From the NCBI GenBank assembly GCA_947631745.1, contig CANRMM010000001.1, forward strand, positions 1,367-65,366: a DNA stretch of 64,000 nucleotides. Reading direction: 5' to 3'. The stretch's first letter is position 1; each line of letters starts with the position of its first letter. Of the stretch, positions 22,784 to 33,706 are shown one piece after another. Origin of the DNA: an uncultured Clostridia bacterium (GTDB lineage: Bacteria > Bacillota > Clostridia > TANB77 > CAG-508). The notes under the pieces were generated by a model. That model was not told the DNA's origin, ran no database searches, and saw only the letters and a program-made list of their open reading frames with translations. The position numbers and the translations under genes were made by a program.

Positions 22784-23218
22784 CTAAATCACCTCTGCCT
22801 TTCCTCCTAAAGCTTCTATTTTTTCTTTAGCAGCTTTAGTAAATCTTACAGCCTTAACTGTTAATTTTTTATCTAATTTACCAGTTGCAAGGATAACGAT
22901 TCCATCGTTTGCTTTGCTGATAATTCTATCTTTAATTAAAGTTTCTGCTGTAACTTCTTCGACTGTTGATTTATTAAGCATTGTTAAAGTTACTTCTGTA
23001 TAATTTCTAGTATTGATATTTGTAAATCCTCTTTTTGGTAATCTTCTATATAATGGTGTTTGACCACCTTCGAATCCACGTCTAACTCCTCCACCAGATC
23101 TTGCTTTTTGACCTTTATGTCCTTTTCCAGAAGTTTTTCCTAAACCTGAACCAATACCACGTCCCACTCTTGTTCTCTTTGTGGCTACCTGTGCTGGTTT
23201 TAATTCGTCTAATTTCAT
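22784..23218 (-). CDS. rplO: 50S ribosomal protein L15.
   Basis: 144 aa, L15 similarity. Confidence 0.9.
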   Translation of the reverse strand: MKLDELKPAQVATKRTRVGRGIGSGLGKTSGKGHKGQKARSGGGVRRGFEGGQTPLYRRLPKRGFTNINTRNYTEVTLTMLNKSTVEEVTAETLIKDRIISKANDGIVILATGKLDKKLTVKAVRFTKAAKEKIEALGGKAEVI

Positions 23219-23240
23219 TTTGAGTTACACCTCCTTATTA

Positions 23241-23738
23241 TTATAAAATTTCGTCTACTTTTTTTCCTCTTTTTTTAGCAATTTGCTCTGCAGTTTTCAT
23301 TGCCTTTAATCCTTCAAGTGTAGCATATACTACATTTCTTGGATTATTTGTTCCAATAACTTTTGTTCTAATGTCTTTATATCCAGCAAGTTCTAGAACA
23401 GGTCTTACACTACCACCTGCTATAACTCCAGTACCTTCTTCAGCTGGTTTTAATAAAACATTAGCACTACCAAATTTACCAACATATTCATGAGGTATAG
23501 TTGTTCCAACAATAGCAACTTCTATTAAATTTTTCTTAGCTTCTTCTATTGCTTTCTTTATAGCATCTGGAACTTCAGCTGCTTTACCATTACCTACACC
23601 TACATGACCATTTTCATCGCCAACAACAACAACAGCACTAAATCTAAAAGTTCTTCCACCTTTTACAACTTTTGCAACTCTGTTAATTGCTACAACTTTT
23701 TCTTTTAATTCAGATGTATTTTCTGATTGCACTTTCAT
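23241..23738 (-). CDS. rpsE: 30S ribosomal protein S5. Start at the ATG (MKVQSEN...) preceded by AAGGAGG.
   Basis: [26 protein letters not shown]... matches S5. Confidence 0.9.
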   Translation of the reverse strand: MKVQSENTSELKEKVVAINRVAKVVKGGRTFRFSAVVVVGDENGHVGVGNGKAAEVPDAIKKAIEEAKKNLIEVAIVGTTIPHEYVGKFGSANVLLKPAEEGTGVIAGGSVRPVLELAGYKDIRTKVIGTNNPRNVVYATLEGLKAMKTAEQIAKKRGKKVDEIL

Positions 23739-23820
23739 TTTCCTCCTTATCTTAAACAATGTTTGCAAAAAATCTTACACTTTATTTTTGCTTTACTAAT
23801 GTTTGCAAAAAATCTTAGAT

Positions 23821-23870
23821 TTTTTGCATCTAATATCCGTAAGCTCACTTCGTTCGCACGGCTATTAGAA
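23821..23870 (-). repeat. Stem-loop repeat element, copy B, in the L18-S5 spacer. It includes the rplR stop codon.
   Basis: tttttgcatctaatatCCGTaagctcacttcgttcgcACGGctattagaa. See findings. Confidence 0.5.
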
Positions 23871-24224
23871 TTCCAAGCCACCTTCTCTTGCGGCATCAGC
23901 TAATTCTTGAACAACTCCGTGGTAAATATATCCACCTCTATCAAAAACAACTGATTTTATTTTCTTTTCTCCTGCTCTTTTAGCAATTAAAGCTCCTACT
24001 TCCTTAGCTGCTTCTTTATTAGCATGCTTTGTTTTTACTTCTTTATCTAATGTTGAAGCTTGTGCTAAAGTTTTTCCAGCTACATCATCAATAATTTGTA
24101 CATATAAATTACTATTACTTCTATATACACAAAGTCTTGGAGCTTCTGCTGTTCCAGAAACTTTTCTACGTACTCTTAAATGTCTTCTATCTCTTTCTGC
24201 CTTTCTATCAATTTTTGTAATCAT
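23865..24224 (-). CDS. rplR: 50S ribosomal protein L18.
   Basis: 119 aa, L18 similarity. Confidence 0.9.
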   Translation of the reverse strand: MITKIDRKAERDRRHLRVRRKVSGTAEAPRLCVYRSNSNLYVQIIDDVAGKTLAQASTLDKEVKTKHANKEAAKEVGALIAKRAGEKKIKSVVFDRGGYIYHGVVQELADAAREGGLEF

Positions 24225-24297
24225 TTTTTTCTCCTTTCTAACCAGAGTAACAGCCCTGATTTACTTCAATTACAATTACTTATTTATATTTCAGGTT

Positions 24298-24837
24298 TTA
24301 TTTCTTACCTGCTTTACCTTCCTTACGTCTAATATGCTCTTCTGCATATTTAATACCTTTTCCTCTATATACTTCAGGTGGTCTCTTTGTTCTTACAACA
24401 GCTGCTGTTTGACCAACCAATTCTTTATCAATTCCTCTTACAGTAATGTGGTTAGCGTCTGGAACATCAAAAGTAATACCTGCTGGTGGATCCATCTCTA
24501 CTGTATGTGAATAACCTAAGTTCATTACTAATTTATTTCCCTTCTTTTGAGCTCTATAACCAACACCATTGATTTCTAAATCTCTTTTATATTCATTTAC
24601 AACACCTTGAATCATGTTGTTAATTAATGTTCTTGTTAAACCATGTAAACTTCTATTTCCTGGTTCATCATCTGGTCTCTTTACAGTGATAACATTACCA
24701 TCTAAAGTAACTTCCATGTTTTTATGTAAGTCCTTTTCTAGTGTACCTTTTGGACCTTTTACTGTAATATGATGTCCTTCTATTTTAACTTCTACACCTT
24801 GTGGTACATCAATAGGTTTATTTCCTATTCTTGACAT
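24298..24837 (-). CDS. rplF: 50S ribosomal protein L6.
   Basis: 179 aa, L6 similarity. Confidence 0.9.
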   Translation of the reverse strand: MSRIGNKPIDVPQGVEVKIEGHHITVKGPKGTLEKDLHKNMEVTLDGNVITVKRPDDEPGNRSLHGLTRTLINNMIQGVVNEYKRDLEINGVGYRAQKKGNKLVMNLGYSHTVEMDPPAGITFDVPDANHITVRGIDKELVGQTAAVVRTKRPPEVYRGKGIKYAEEHIRRKEGKAGKK

Positions 24838-24856
24838 CTTGGTTTTCCCTCCTTTT

Positions 24857-25255
24857 CTACCATACGTAAGCTAGAACTTCTCCTCCTAGGCCTTCTGCTC
24901 TTGCTTCTTTGTCTGTTTTTATTCCTTTTGATGTTGAAATAAGTGCAATACCTAAACCATTTAAAACTTGTGGTAATTCATCTTTTGATGCATACACCCT
25001 TAATCCTGGTTTACTAATTCTTTTTAATCCATCAATAACTCTTGCACCTTTTTCATCATATTTTAAAGTGATTCTTAAAATTCCTTGATGAGAATCATCT
25101 ATTTCTTCAAATGATGTAATATATCCTTCTTTAAATAGAATATCAGCAATAGCTTTCTTCATATTTGAAGCAGGTACATCAACTGTTTTATGTTTTGAAC
25201 TATTTGCATTTCTAATTCTTGTTAGCATATCTGCTATTGGATCAGTTGTATTCAA
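24857..25255 (-). CDS. rpsH: 30S ribosomal protein S8.
   Basis: 132 aa, S8 similarity. Confidence 0.9.
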   Translation of the reverse strand: MNTTDPIADMLTRIRNANSSKHKTVDVPASNMKKAIADILFKEGYITSFEEIDDSHQGILRITLKYDEKGARVIDGLKRISKPGLRVYASKDELPQVLNGLGIALISTSKGIKTDKEARAEGLGGEVLAYVW

Positions 25256-25359
25256 ATCTTTTCCCTCCTTTTTAATAATTTGCCATATTAATTTAACTAA
25301 AACTAGTGTATCTTTATGTAGCTTGACAACACAAGACTCTGGTTCTTGTTAAATTAGAT

Positions 25360-25545
25360 TTACCAGCTAGCTTTCTTAACTCCAGGAATTTCTCCCTTAT
25401 GAGCTAATTCTCTAAAGCATACACGGCAAATTCCAAATTTTCTAATATATGCATGTGGTCTTCCACAAATTTTACATCTATTATATTCTCTTGTCTGATA
25501 TTTTTGTGTTCTTTGTTGTTTTACTTTTAAAGATTTTTTAGCCAT
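25360..25545 (-). CDS. rpsZ: 30S ribosomal protein S14 type Z (zinc-binding, 61 aa).
   Basis: [25 protein letters not shown]. Confidence 0.85.
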   Translation of the reverse strand: MAKKSLKVKQQRTQKYQTREYNRCKICGRPHAYIRKFGICRVCFRELAHKGEIPGVKKASW

Positions 25546-25566
25546 TTTTTTCTCCTTTCATTTTAA

Positions 25567-26106
25567 TTAGTTTTTAAATGGCATTCCTAATAGAGATAAC
25601 AATTCTTTAGCTTCTTCGTCTGTTTTAGCAGTTGTTACAAATATGATATCCATACCTCTAATTTTATCAATTTTGTCATATTCGATTTCTGGGAAAATTA
25701 ATTGTTCTTTAACTCCCATTGAATAATTTCCTCTACCATCAAACGAATTTGTTGAAACTCCTCTAAAATCTCTAACTCTTGGAAGTGCTACATTAAATAA
25801 TTTGTATGCAAAATCATACATTTTATCTTTTCTTAAAGTAACTTTACATCCCATGTTGATTCCTTCTCTTATTTTGAAGGCTGCTATTGCTTTTTTGGCC
25901 TTTGTAATAATTGGTTTTTGACCAGTTATTAAAGTCAAATCATTAATAGCATTTTCCAATGATTTAGGATTATCTTTTGTGTCTCCTAAACCTATATTAA
26001 TAACTATTTTTTCTAGTTTTGGAATTTCCATTACTGATTTATAGTTAAATTTTTTCATTAACGCTGATTTAACTTCTTTTTCATATTGCTCTCTTAATAT
26101 TTCCAT
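25567..26106 (-). CDS. rplE: 50S ribosomal protein L5.
   Basis: 179 aa, L5 similarity. Confidence 0.9.
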   Translation of the reverse strand: MEILREQYEKEVKSALMKKFNYKSVMEIPKLEKIVINIGLGDTKDNPKSLENAINDLTLITGQKPIITKAKKAIAAFKIREGINMGCKVTLRKDKMYDFAYKLFNVALPRVRDFRGVSTNSFDGRGNYSMGVKEQLIFPEIEYDKIDKIRGMDIIFVTTAKTDEEAKELLSLLGMPFKN

Positions 26107-26133
26107 AAGTCTAAATAGACCTCCTTCCTTCTA

Positions 26134-26442
26134 TTACTTCAATTTTGCTCCGCATTTTTTACAAACACGTACTTTTTCATCTTTCTCTATTTTATATCCA
26201 ACTTTTGTTGCTTTATTGCATTTTGGACATACAACATTTACTTTGCTACTATGAATAGCACATTCAACTGGTATAATACCACTTTCATCGCCTTGTTTTC
26301 TAGCTTTTATATGTTTTTTTCTAGCATTAATGCCTTTTACAATGATTTTTTCTGTTTTTGGTATTACTTCTAAAACTTCACCAGTTTTTCCTTTATCATT
26401 TCCTGATAAAACTTTAACTGTATCTCCCTTTTTGATTCTCAT
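26134..26442 (-). CDS. rplX: 50S ribosomal protein L24 (variant with four Cys).
   Basis: MRIKKGDTVKVLSGNDKGKTGEVLEV..., C-terminal CPKC...CKKC. Confidence 0.85.
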   Translation of the reverse strand: MRIKKGDTVKVLSGNDKGKTGEVLEVIPKTEKIIVKGINARKKHIKARKQGDESGIIPVECAIHSSKVNVVCPKCNKATKVGYKIEKDEKVRVCKKCGAKLK

Positions 26443-26610
26443 TTATTATTTTCACCTCTTTAATCTTAGATTTTATGAACTCTTTTTGATTAGATGCAAC
26501 TACTTGTAGCTTAAAGAAGCTACAACTTCCGTTTCACTTTTTTGAAGCTACGATTAATACTTTGTATTGCTCATCCAGCCTAAGGGCTGTCTTCGCTAAC
26601 AAATTTTAAG

Positions 26611-26675
26611 TTTTCGCATCTTTTATCCGTAACGCTCTAATGTCTACTAGACATTATCGCTAACGGCTTAAAGAA
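26611..26675 (-). repeat. Stem-loop repeat element, copy C, in a 225-nt L14-L24 spacer. It includes the rplN stop codon.
   Basis: ttttcgcatcttttatCCGTaacgctc TAATGTCTA c TAGACATTA tcgctaACGGcttaaagaa. Confidence 0.5.
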
Positions 26676-27036
26676 CTTCTGGGGCAAGTGAAAGAATTTT
26701 CATATAATCTTTTTCTCTTAATTCTCTTGCAACAGGTCCAAATATACGAGTTCCTCTTGGTGTTCCATCTTCTCTTATAATAACAGCTGCATTTTCATCA
26801 AATCTTACATAAGAACCATCTGCTCTTCTAGTAGGTTTCTTTGTTCTTACAACTACAGCTTTTACAACATCACCTTTTTTTACAACGCCACCTGGTGTTG
26901 CAGTTTTAACAGAAGCAACTATGATATCACCGATTCTAGCATATTTTCTATAAGAACCACCTAGACATCTGATACACATAATCTCTTTAGCACCAGTATT
27001 ATCAGCAACTTTTAAAATTGTTTGTTGTTGTACCAT
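26668..27036 (-). CDS. rplN: 50S ribosomal protein L14.
   Basis: 122 aa, L14 similarity. Confidence 0.95.
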   Translation of the reverse strand: MVQQQTILKVADNTGAKEIMCIRCLGGSYRKYARIGDIIVASVKTATPGGVVKKGDVVKAVVVRTKKPTRRADGSYVRFDENAAVIIREDGTPRGTRIFGPVARELREKDYMKILSLAPEVL

Positions 27037-27057
27037 GATAATATTTCCTCCTTTAAA

Positions 27058-27321
27058 TTATTTGATTTCTGCCTTTTCTAGTATTTCAACAACTCTCCAT
27101 CTCTTATCTCTTGATAGAGGTCTAGTTTCCATTACTTTTACTTTATCACCGATTTGACAAGCATTTTCTTCGTCATGAGCTTTTAACTTATATGTTCTCT
27201 TTTGAACTTTTCCATAAGTTTTATGTTTCTCACTTGTTTGAACAGATACTACAACTGTTTTATCCATTTTATTTGAAGAAACAACGCCTATCATAGTTTT
27301 ACGAAGATTTCTTTCCTCCAT
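27058..27321 (-). CDS. rpsQ: 30S ribosomal protein S17.
   Basis: 87 aa, S17 similarity. Confidence 0.9.
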   Translation of the reverse strand: MEERNLRKTMIGVVSSNKMDKTVVVSVQTSEKHKTYGKVQKRTYKLKAHDEENACQIGDKVKVMETRPLSRDKRWRVVEILEKAEIK

Positions 27322-27335
27322 AATTTTTCTCCTTC

Positions 27336-27536
27336 CTATTTATTTTCTGCCATCTTTCTTTCTGTTAATACAGTTTGTATTCTTGCAATATCCTTCTTCA
27401 CTTCTTTTATTTTCATAGGATTATCTAGTCCATGCGTAGCTAGGCTAAATCTTAATTTGAATAATTCAGATTTTAATTCTCCTAATTCCTTTTCTAAATC
27501 TGGTGAAGACATTTCTTTGATTTTATTTATCTTCAT
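27336..27536 (-). CDS. rpmC: 50S ribosomal protein L29.
   Basis: 66 aa, L29 similarity. Confidence 0.85.
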   Translation of the reverse strand: MKINKIKEMSSPDLEKELGELKSELFKLRFSLATHGLDNPMKIKEVKKDIARIQTVLTERKMAENK

Positions 27537-27966
27537 CTAATTCACCACCTACTTCAGTTTCCTTCTTTACAAATTTACACTTAACAGATAGTTTATTTGC
27601 AGCTAATCTTAAAGCTTCTCTTGCAACATCTTCTGTAACATCTGCAATTTCAAACATTATTCTGTCTGGCTTTACATTTGCAACCCAGAATTCAACAGCA
27701 CCTTTACCTTTACCCATACGAGTACCAATAGGTTTTCTTGTAATTGGTTTATCTGGGAATATTTTAATCCAAACTTGACCACCTCTTTTGATATAACGTG
27801 TCATAGCAACACGGGCAGCCTCTATTTGATTTGACGTAATTTGTCCAGCTTCAAGAGATTGTAATCCATATTCTCCATCTGTAATTCTGTTTCCTCTTGT
27901 AGCTCTACCTCTATTTCTACCTTTTTGTTGTTTTCTATATTTTGTTCTTTTTGGTATTAATGGCAT
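27523..27966 (-). CDS. rplP: 50S ribosomal protein L16.
   Basis: 147 aa, L16 similarity. Confidence 0.9.
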   Translation of the reverse strand: MPLIPKRTKYRKQQKGRNRGRATRGNRITDGEYGLQSLEAGQITSNQIEAARVAMTRYIKRGGQVWIKIFPDKPITRKPIGTRMGKGKGAVEFWVANVKPDRIMFEIADVTEDVAREALRLAANKLSVKCKFVKKETEVGGELDEDK

Positions 27967-28628
27967 TATTTGTCTCCTCCTTCCACTACATTTTTCTTAG
28001 TTGGAAGAACCTCTCCTTTATATATCCAAACTTTTACACCGATTTTTCCATATGTTGTATCTGCTTCTGCAAATCCATAATCGATATCAGCTCTTAAAGT
28101 TTGAAGAGGTATAGTACCTTCTTTATAAAATTCAGTTCTAGCCATATCTGCTCCACCTAATCTTCCAGATACTGAAGTTTTAATTCCTAATGCACCTGAT
28201 TTCATAGTTTTTTGCATACATTGTTTCATAGCTCTTCTAAAAGAAACTCTCTTCTCTAATTGACCAGCTATATTTTCTGCAACTAATTGAGCATCTGTAT
28301 CAATATTTTTAACCTCAACGATATTTAAGTTAACTTCTTTATTAATCATTTTTTCCAATTCAGCTTTTAAAGTTTCAGCTAAATTTCCACCTTTACCTAT
28401 AACGATACCAGGTTTTGCTGTATAAACATTTACCTTTACAAATTTAGCAGTTCTTTCAATTTCTATTTTAGAAATTCCTGCTAGATATAATTTTTTCTTA
28501 ACATACACACGAATCTTATGATCTTCTACTAGGTAATCACCAAAATCTTTTGAATCTGCATACCATTTTGAATTCCAATCTTTAATAATACCTACTCTTA
28601 ATCCATGTGGATCCATTTTTTGTCCCAT
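27966..28628 (-). CDS. rpsC: 30S ribosomal protein S3.
   Basis: 220 aa with KH domain, S3 similarity. Confidence 0.95.
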   Translation of the reverse strand: MGQKMDPHGLRVGIIKDWNSKWYADSKDFGDYLVEDHKIRVYVKKKLYLAGISKIEIERTAKFVKVNVYTAKPGIVIGKGGNLAETLKAELEKMINKEVNLNIVEVKNIDTDAQLVAENIAGQLEKRVSFRRAMKQCMQKTMKSGALGIKTSVSGRLGGADMARTEFYKEGTIPLQTLRADIDYGFAEADTTYGKIGVKVWIYKGEVLPTKKNVVEGGDK

Positions 28629-28657
28629 TTTGTAAATGTCCTCCTTTCTTTCCTCTA

Positions 28658-29008
28658 TTAATCTCTCTCTTTTAATACTATTGTAATATGACTTGTTCTT
28701 TTTCTAACTCTAACAGCACTACCTTTTGCTGCAGGTCTAATTCTCTTTAATGTAGGTCCTTGATTTGCATATATTTCAGACACATATAATTTTTCATGAG
28801 TCATATTATGGTTGTTTTCAGCATTTGCAATAGCTGATTTTAATAACTTTTCAATGATTTCTGATGAAGCTTTTGGAGTATATTTTACAATTGCTAATGC
28901 TTCATCAACATTTTTCCCTTTAATTAAATCTGCTACAATTTTGACTTTTCTACTTGAAATTCTAGCATATTTAAGGGTTGCTTCTGCTCTTGGTATTATC
29001 TCTTCCAT
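28658..29008 (-). CDS. rplV: 50S ribosomal protein L22.
   Basis: 116 aa, L22 similarity. Confidence 0.9.
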   Translation of the reverse strand: MEEIIPRAEATLKYARISSRKVKIVADLIKGKNVDEALAIVKYTPKASSEIIEKLLKSAIANAENNHNMTHEKLYVSEIYANQGPTLKRIRPAAKGSAVRVRKRTSHITIVLKERD

Positions 29009-29045
29009 TTCTTTCCTCCTTGCTATTTTTTAACGATACTACTTC

Positions 29046-29327
29046 TTATTGTTTTGTAGTTGTTGTCTTATCTCCTGAGTGTCCTTTAAATGTTCTAGTA
29101 GGTGCAAATTCACCTAATTTATGTCCTATCATTTCTTCTGAAATATATACAGGCACATGTTTTCTACCATCATGAACAGCGATTGTATGACCAACCATTT
29201 GTGGATATATTGTAGAAGCTCTTGACCAAGTCTTAAGTACTTCTTTTTTTCCACTCTCGTTCATAGCTTCAATTCTTTTTAATAATTCAGGTGCTACATA
29301 TGGTGCCTTTTTAGTTGATCTTGACAT
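29046..29327 (-). CDS. rpsS: 30S ribosomal protein S19.
   Basis: 93 aa, S19 similarity. Confidence 0.95.
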   Translation of the reverse strand: MSRSTKKAPYVAPELLKRIEAMNESGKKEVLKTWSRASTIYPQMVGHTIAVHDGRKHVPVYISEEMIGHKLGEFAPTRTFKGHSGDKTTTTKQ

Positions 29328-29340
29328 TTAGTTTCCCTCC

Positions 29341-30168
29341 TTATTTTCTTCTCTTTACTATAAATTTATTTGTATTTTTATTTTTAGCTCTTGTCTTATA
29401 TCCTAATGCTGGTTTGCCCCAAGGTGTTAATGGTCCTGCGTGTCCTACTGGTGCTCTACCTTCACCACCACCATGAGGGTGATCTACTGGGTTCATTACA
29501 GAACCTCTTACAGTTGGTCTAACTCCTAAATGTCTAGTTCTTCCTGCTTTTCCCAACTTAACATTTTCATGATCTTGATTTCCAACAGTTCCAATTGTTG
29601 CTTTACAAACTGACATTACTAATCTCATTTCTCCTGATGGAAGTCTTACGTGTGCATATTTTCCTTCCTTAGCCATTAATTGTGCTTCCTGTCCAGCTGC
29701 TCTTACTAATTTTGCACCTTGACCTGGATTTATTTCTATATTATGAATCATAGTACCAACTGGTATATTTTCAATTCTCATGCAGTTACCTGGTTTGATA
29801 TCTGCTTTATCACTAGATACTACTTTATCACCATCTTTCAATCCGACTGGTGCTAAGATATATGCTTTTTCACCATCCTCATATTGGATTAATGCAATAT
29901 TACTGCTACGATTTGGATCATATTCAATTCCCATTACAGTAGCTGTCATATCTAATTTATTTCTTTTAAAATCTACAATTCTATATTTTTGTCTATTTCC
30001 TCCACCTTGGTGTCTTACAGTTATTCTACCATAACTATTTCTTCCTGAATTTTTCTTCTTTGTTGCAAGCAATGATTTTTCAGGAGTTTTCTTTGTTACT
30101 TCTTCGTAAGTAGATACTGTCATATTTCTTCTTGATGGAGTATATGCTTTAAAATGTTTCATTCCCAT
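29341..30168 (-). CDS. rplB: 50S ribosomal protein L2.
   Basis: 275 aa, L2 similarity. Confidence 0.95.
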   Translation of the reverse strand: MGMKHFKAYTPSRRNMTVSTYEEVTKKTPEKSLLATKKKNSGRNSYGRITVRHQGGGNRQKYRIVDFKRNKLDMTATVMGIEYDPNRSSNIALIQYEDGEKAYILAPVGLKDGDKVVSSDKADIKPGNCMRIENIPVGTMIHNIEINPGQGAKLVRAAGQEAQLMAKEGKYAHVRLPSGEMRLVMSVCKATIGTVGNQDHENVKLGKAGRTRHLGVRPTVRGSVMNPVDHPHGGGEGRAPVGHAGPLTPWGKPALGYKTRAKNKNTNKFIVKRRK

Positions 30169-30279
30169 TGTTTTATTCTCTCCTTTTTTGGTATTGACGG
30201 ATTCTTTCCTGCTCCGTTTGCAGATATTCTTTATTATCTGGGTTCTTTCCCAATATTTTTATTACAATTCAATACTAAT

Positions 30280-30627
30280 CTATGCTCCCATAAATTCATC
30301 AATTGAATCTTTATATTTCTTTGTTACTTTTGTTTCTTTTCCACCTTTTGACATGTATGTCTTTTCAGATGCGTTTGTATCAATTGTAACAATTGCTTTT
30401 TTCCAGTCAGAAGTTTTTCCAACATTTCTTCCAACCCTTTTTTCTTTTCCTTTTACAGTTACAGTATTTACATTTAATACTTTTACTTCAAAAAGTTTTT
30501 CTACTGCATTTTTTATATCAATCTTTGTAGCCTTTCTGTTTACTTCAAAAGTGTACTTTCCATCTTGAATCCCATCACTACTTTTTTCAGTAATCACTGG
30601 CGCAATAATAACATCTTCTGCAACCAT
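30280..30627 (-). CDS. rplW: 50S ribosomal protein L23 (with a C-terminal extension).
   Basis: 115 aa, L23 core. Confidence 0.85.
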   Translation of the reverse strand: MVAEDVIIAPVITEKSSDGIQDGKYTFEVNRKATKIDIKNAVEKLFEVKVLNVNTVTVKGKEKRVGRNVGKTSDWKKAIVTIDTNASEKTYMSKGGKETKVTKKYKDSIDEFMGA

Positions 30628-31250
30628 TATGCGTACACCTCCTCTAATTTCTTAACAGCATCTAAAGTTACAACAAGATTTTTATATTTTAATAAATCAT
30701 ATACATTCATTGTGTTTACTAGAGTTGTTTTAACTCCTTCAATATTTCTTGCTGATTTTTGTACTGTTTCATTTTTCTCAGGTAAAAGTATTAATGTTTT
30801 TCCTTCTACTTTTAAGTTTGTTAATGCTTTTGCCATTTCCTTTGTCTTAATTTCTTTTAATGTTAAACTATTAACAACTACTAATTCTTTTTCTAATACT
30901 TTTGAGCTTAAGCAAGATTTAATTGCTAATCTCTTTTCTTTCTTATTTACTTGGTATTTATATGAACGAGGTTTTGGTCCTAAAGCAATACCACCTTTAA
31001 TCCATTGTGGAGCTCTTATACTTCCTTGTCTTGCTCTACCTGTTCCTTTTTGTTTCCAAGGTTTTCTTCCACCGCCACGAACTTCAGCTCTAGTTTTTGT
31101 ACTTTGTGTACCTTGTCTTTGATTAGCTAAAAAGTTAACTAAAACACTATGTACTACAGCTTCATTTGGTTCGATACCGAAAATTTCTTCTTTTAAGTTA
31201 ACTGTGTCAACTTTTTTACCTTCCATATCATATACGTCTATTTTAGGCAT
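30627..31250 (-). CDS. rplD: 50S ribosomal protein L4.
   Basis: 207 aa, L4 similarity. Confidence 0.9.
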   Translation of the reverse strand: MPKIDVYDMEGKKVDTVNLKEEIFGIEPNEAVVHSVLVNFLANQRQGTQSTKTRAEVRGGGRKPWKQKGTGRARQGSIRAPQWIKGGIALGPKPRSYKYQVNKKEKRLAIKSCLSSKVLEKELVVVNSLTLKEIKTKEMAKALTNLKVEGKTLILLPEKNETVQKSARNIEGVKTTLVNTMNVYDLLKYKNLVVTLDAVKKLEEVYA

Positions 31251-31268
31251 TTCGTTTCTCCTCCCTTT

Positions 31269-31901
31269 CTATTTTGATTTAACACTTGATTTTATTTTTA
31301 GTATTGCACCTTTAGCTCCTGGTACACTACCTCTTACTAATAATACATTTTTATCTAAATCTACTCTAACAACTTCTAGATTTAAAATTGTAATTGTTTG
31401 AACTCCCATGTGACCTGGTAATCTTTTACCTTTATAAACTCTACCTGGTGTTGAAGTTGATCCCATTGAACCTGGTCTTCTGTGATACATAGAACCATGT
31501 CCCATAGGTCCTCTTGTTTGTCCATGACGTTTAATAACACCTTGGAATCCTTTTCCTTTTGAAGTTCCTTGTATATCTACTTTTTCTCCAGCAGTGAAAA
31601 TGTCAGCTTTTAATTCATCACCAACTTTTACTTCTTCTACTGAATCTAATCTAAACTCTCTTAAATATTTCTTAGGTGTAACATTTACTTTTGTAAAATG
31701 TCCTTTTTCTGGTTTATTAACTTTCTTTGCTTTTACTTCTCCAAAACCTAATTGGATTGCATTATAACCATCTGTTTCTTCTGTTTTAACCTGTGATACT
31801 ACACAAGGTCCAGCTTCGATAACTGTTACTGGAATAACTTTTCCTGATTCATCAAAAATTTGAGTCATTCCAATTTTTTTACCAATTAATCCTTTTTTCA
31901 T
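31269..31901 (-). CDS. rplC: 50S ribosomal protein L3.
   Basis: 210 aa, L3 similarity. Confidence 0.95.
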   Translation of the reverse strand: MKKGLIGKKIGMTQIFDESGKVIPVTVIEAGPCVVSQVKTEETDGYNAIQLGFGEVKAKKVNKPEKGHFTKVNVTPKKYLREFRLDSVEEVKVGDELKADIFTAGEKVDIQGTSKGKGFQGVIKRHGQTRGPMGHGSMYHRRPGSMGSTSTPGRVYKGKRLPGHMGVQTITILNLEVVRVDLDKNVLLVRGSVPGAKGAILKIKSSVKSK

Positions 31902-31962
31902 TTTTCCTCCTATTGGCTGATATTTTATATTTCATCTATTTTCAAAATGTTATATCAGCATT

Positions 31963-32010
31963 GGTGCTGAGGTTGTTAGGCTCTGCCGTTACAACGTCAG
32001 TATGCAAATG
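31963..32010 (+). repeat. Stem-loop repeat element, copy D, in a 184-nt S10-L3 spacer. Orientation is opposite to copies A-C.
   Basis: gtgctgaggTTGTtaggctctgccgttACAAcgtcagtatgcaaatgc. Flanks match the reverse complement of copy A (794-840). Confidence 0.5.
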
Positions 32011-32085
32011 CCTTAGCATTTGTATTCCTTTTGCATAAGTTGACTGTAAAACTCGATGCTTTTTTTCAAAAGCCTCTCGTTAACA

Positions 32086-32418
32086 CTACAACTTAATCTC
32101 TATATCAACACCTGCTGGCAAATCGATTTTCATCAAACTATCAACAGTTTTTTGTGTTGGATAAAGAATATCAATAACTCTTTTATGTGTTCTCATTTCA
32201 AATTGTTCTCTTGAATCTTTATCTTTATGTGGAGAACGCAAAATTGTTATTATTTCCTTTTGTGTTGGTAATGGAATAGGACCTGAAACCTTTGCTCCTG
32301 TCTTTTTAGCAGTATCTACTATCTTTTCAGCAGACTGTTCTAAAACTACATGATCATAAGCCTTTAATCTTATTCTGATTTTTTCACTTGTTACCGTATT
32401 TTCCTTCTTTGTTGCCAT
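32086..32418 (-). CDS. rpsJ: 30S ribosomal protein S10.
   Basis: 110 aa, [10 protein letters not shown]..., S10 similarity. Confidence 0.9.
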   Translation of the reverse strand: MATKKENTVTSEKIRIRLKAYDHVVLEQSAEKIVDTAKKTGAKVSGPIPLPTQKEIITILRSPHKDKDSREQFEMRTHKRVIDILYPTQKTVDSLMKIDLPAGVDIEIKL

Positions 32419-32687
32419 TAAAAATTCCCTCCTTAAATATATTTTATTTTAGGTCGGAAGCTATAAACGCATCCTGGTGTTTCTATATTTACCAATATTA
32501 AAACCCAAATTCGCATGAAAAACTTGGGATAAGTCTGCATTTATAATAACCATTTATTCATTAAATAAATGGCTTAACTTACCGCCCTGGTCTTAGCCAC
32601 GACATACTCTGTAAGAGTTCCCTCCATCAAAGCTTAACACTTTGTGTAGCCACATCTTACTTCATCGCTAAATAACATGCTCTCATA

Positions 32688-32715
32688 TTATATAACAATA
32701 AATCAGTAAAGTCAA
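32688..32715 (-). promoter_or_regulatory. Candidate sigma-A promoter of the S10 operon (TTGACT-16nt-TATAAT) with a roughly 270-nt leader.
   Basis: Minus-strand ttgactttactgatttattgttatataat. The long structured leader is consistent with the L4-autoregulated S10 leader (inference). Confidence 0.45.
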
Positions 32716-32880
32716 CTGTTTTGTTCATTTTTATTACACTTTTATGACATTTTTGTAACAATTCTTCTTACAAAGTTAATTTTAAAAATAACATAAAAAA
32801 GAATACCTTATTTGAATATTTAAATCAATTTTCATTTAAAGTATTCTTTTTATTTTTTATTTGTATATTGTACCTATCAG

Positions 32881-33000
32881 ATTTTATTTTCCCTTTTTTT
32901 ATATTTCTTAGGCTTCTAAGTACAACCTATTTAAGTCTGTCCCTCAAGTGACAAAAGTGTCACTTTAAAGAACGTCCCCAAAGTGACAAAGTGACAAATC
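32881..33000 (+). repeat. REP-like repeat, copy 1 (about 120 bp), containing GTGACAaaagTGTCAC.
   Basis: Near-identical to 43240-43385. Shares the GTCCC(C)AAGTGACA...GTGACAAAGTGACAA core with 50703-50766 (reverse) and 51706-51783. Confidence 0.6.
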
Positions 33001-33696
33001 AATAAGTTGTTGTTCTAAGAAACTCATATTGTCTTTATTTTCTTGCAACGTTTCTATAGAAATAGCATTATCTAAATAGAACTCTCCTACTGCCGTTCTT
33101 TGAAGTTCTTTCATAAAACCAACTGTCTCTAACTTCTGTGCAATGTCTTCACATAAACTACGAATATATGTACCTTTTGAACATTTTACTTGAAATTCGA
33201 TTTCTTTTTCCTTTAAATTAATCGCTATCAATTTAATCTCATAAATGTTAATATTTCTAGGTTCTACCGTTACTTTTTCACCTTTTCTTGCATATTCATA
33301 AAGTTTTTTTCCATTTACTTTAATTGCAGAATACATTGGTGGAATCTGTTTCTGTTCTCCTAAAAAAGATTTTAAAACTTTTTTTACATTTTCTTCTGTC
33401 AATTTTTCTTTTATATATTTCTCATTTAATTCTTGTTCTTCTATAATCTTACCTTCCACATCTGCCGTATCTGTTTTTACACCTAACTTAAGTATTACTT
33501 TATATTCCTTATCATGATTTGTTAAATAACTGGAAAGTTTTGTTCCTTTTCCTATTAAAAGAGGAAGGACTCCTGTTGCATTTGGATCCAATGTTCCAGT
33601 ATGTCCCACCTTCTCTTTATATATTTTTTTTACAATAGCTACAATATCATGAGAAGTATATCCTTTTGGTTTATTCACCACTAAGATTCCATCCAT
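32965..33696 (-). CDS. truB: tRNA pseudouridine(55) synthase TruB, C-terminally truncated.
   Basis: 243 aa with the catalytic TruB core. The last 11 codons and the stop lie inside REP-like copy 1. About 50-60 aa short of typical TruB. Confidence 0.8.
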   Translation of the reverse strand: MDGILVVNKPKGYTSHDIVAIVKKIYKEKVGHTGTLDPNATGVLPLLIGKGTKLSSYLTNHDKEYKVILKLGVKTDTADVEGKIIEEQELNEKYIKEKLTEENVKKVLKSFLGEQKQIPPMYSAIKVNGKKLYEYARKGEKVTVEPRNINIYEIKLIAINLKEKEIEFQVKCSKGTYIRSLCEDIAQKLETVGFMKELQRTAVGEFYLDNAISIETLQENKDNMSFLEQQLIDLSLCHFGDVL

Positions 33697-33706
33697 AATC
33701 TTCCCC

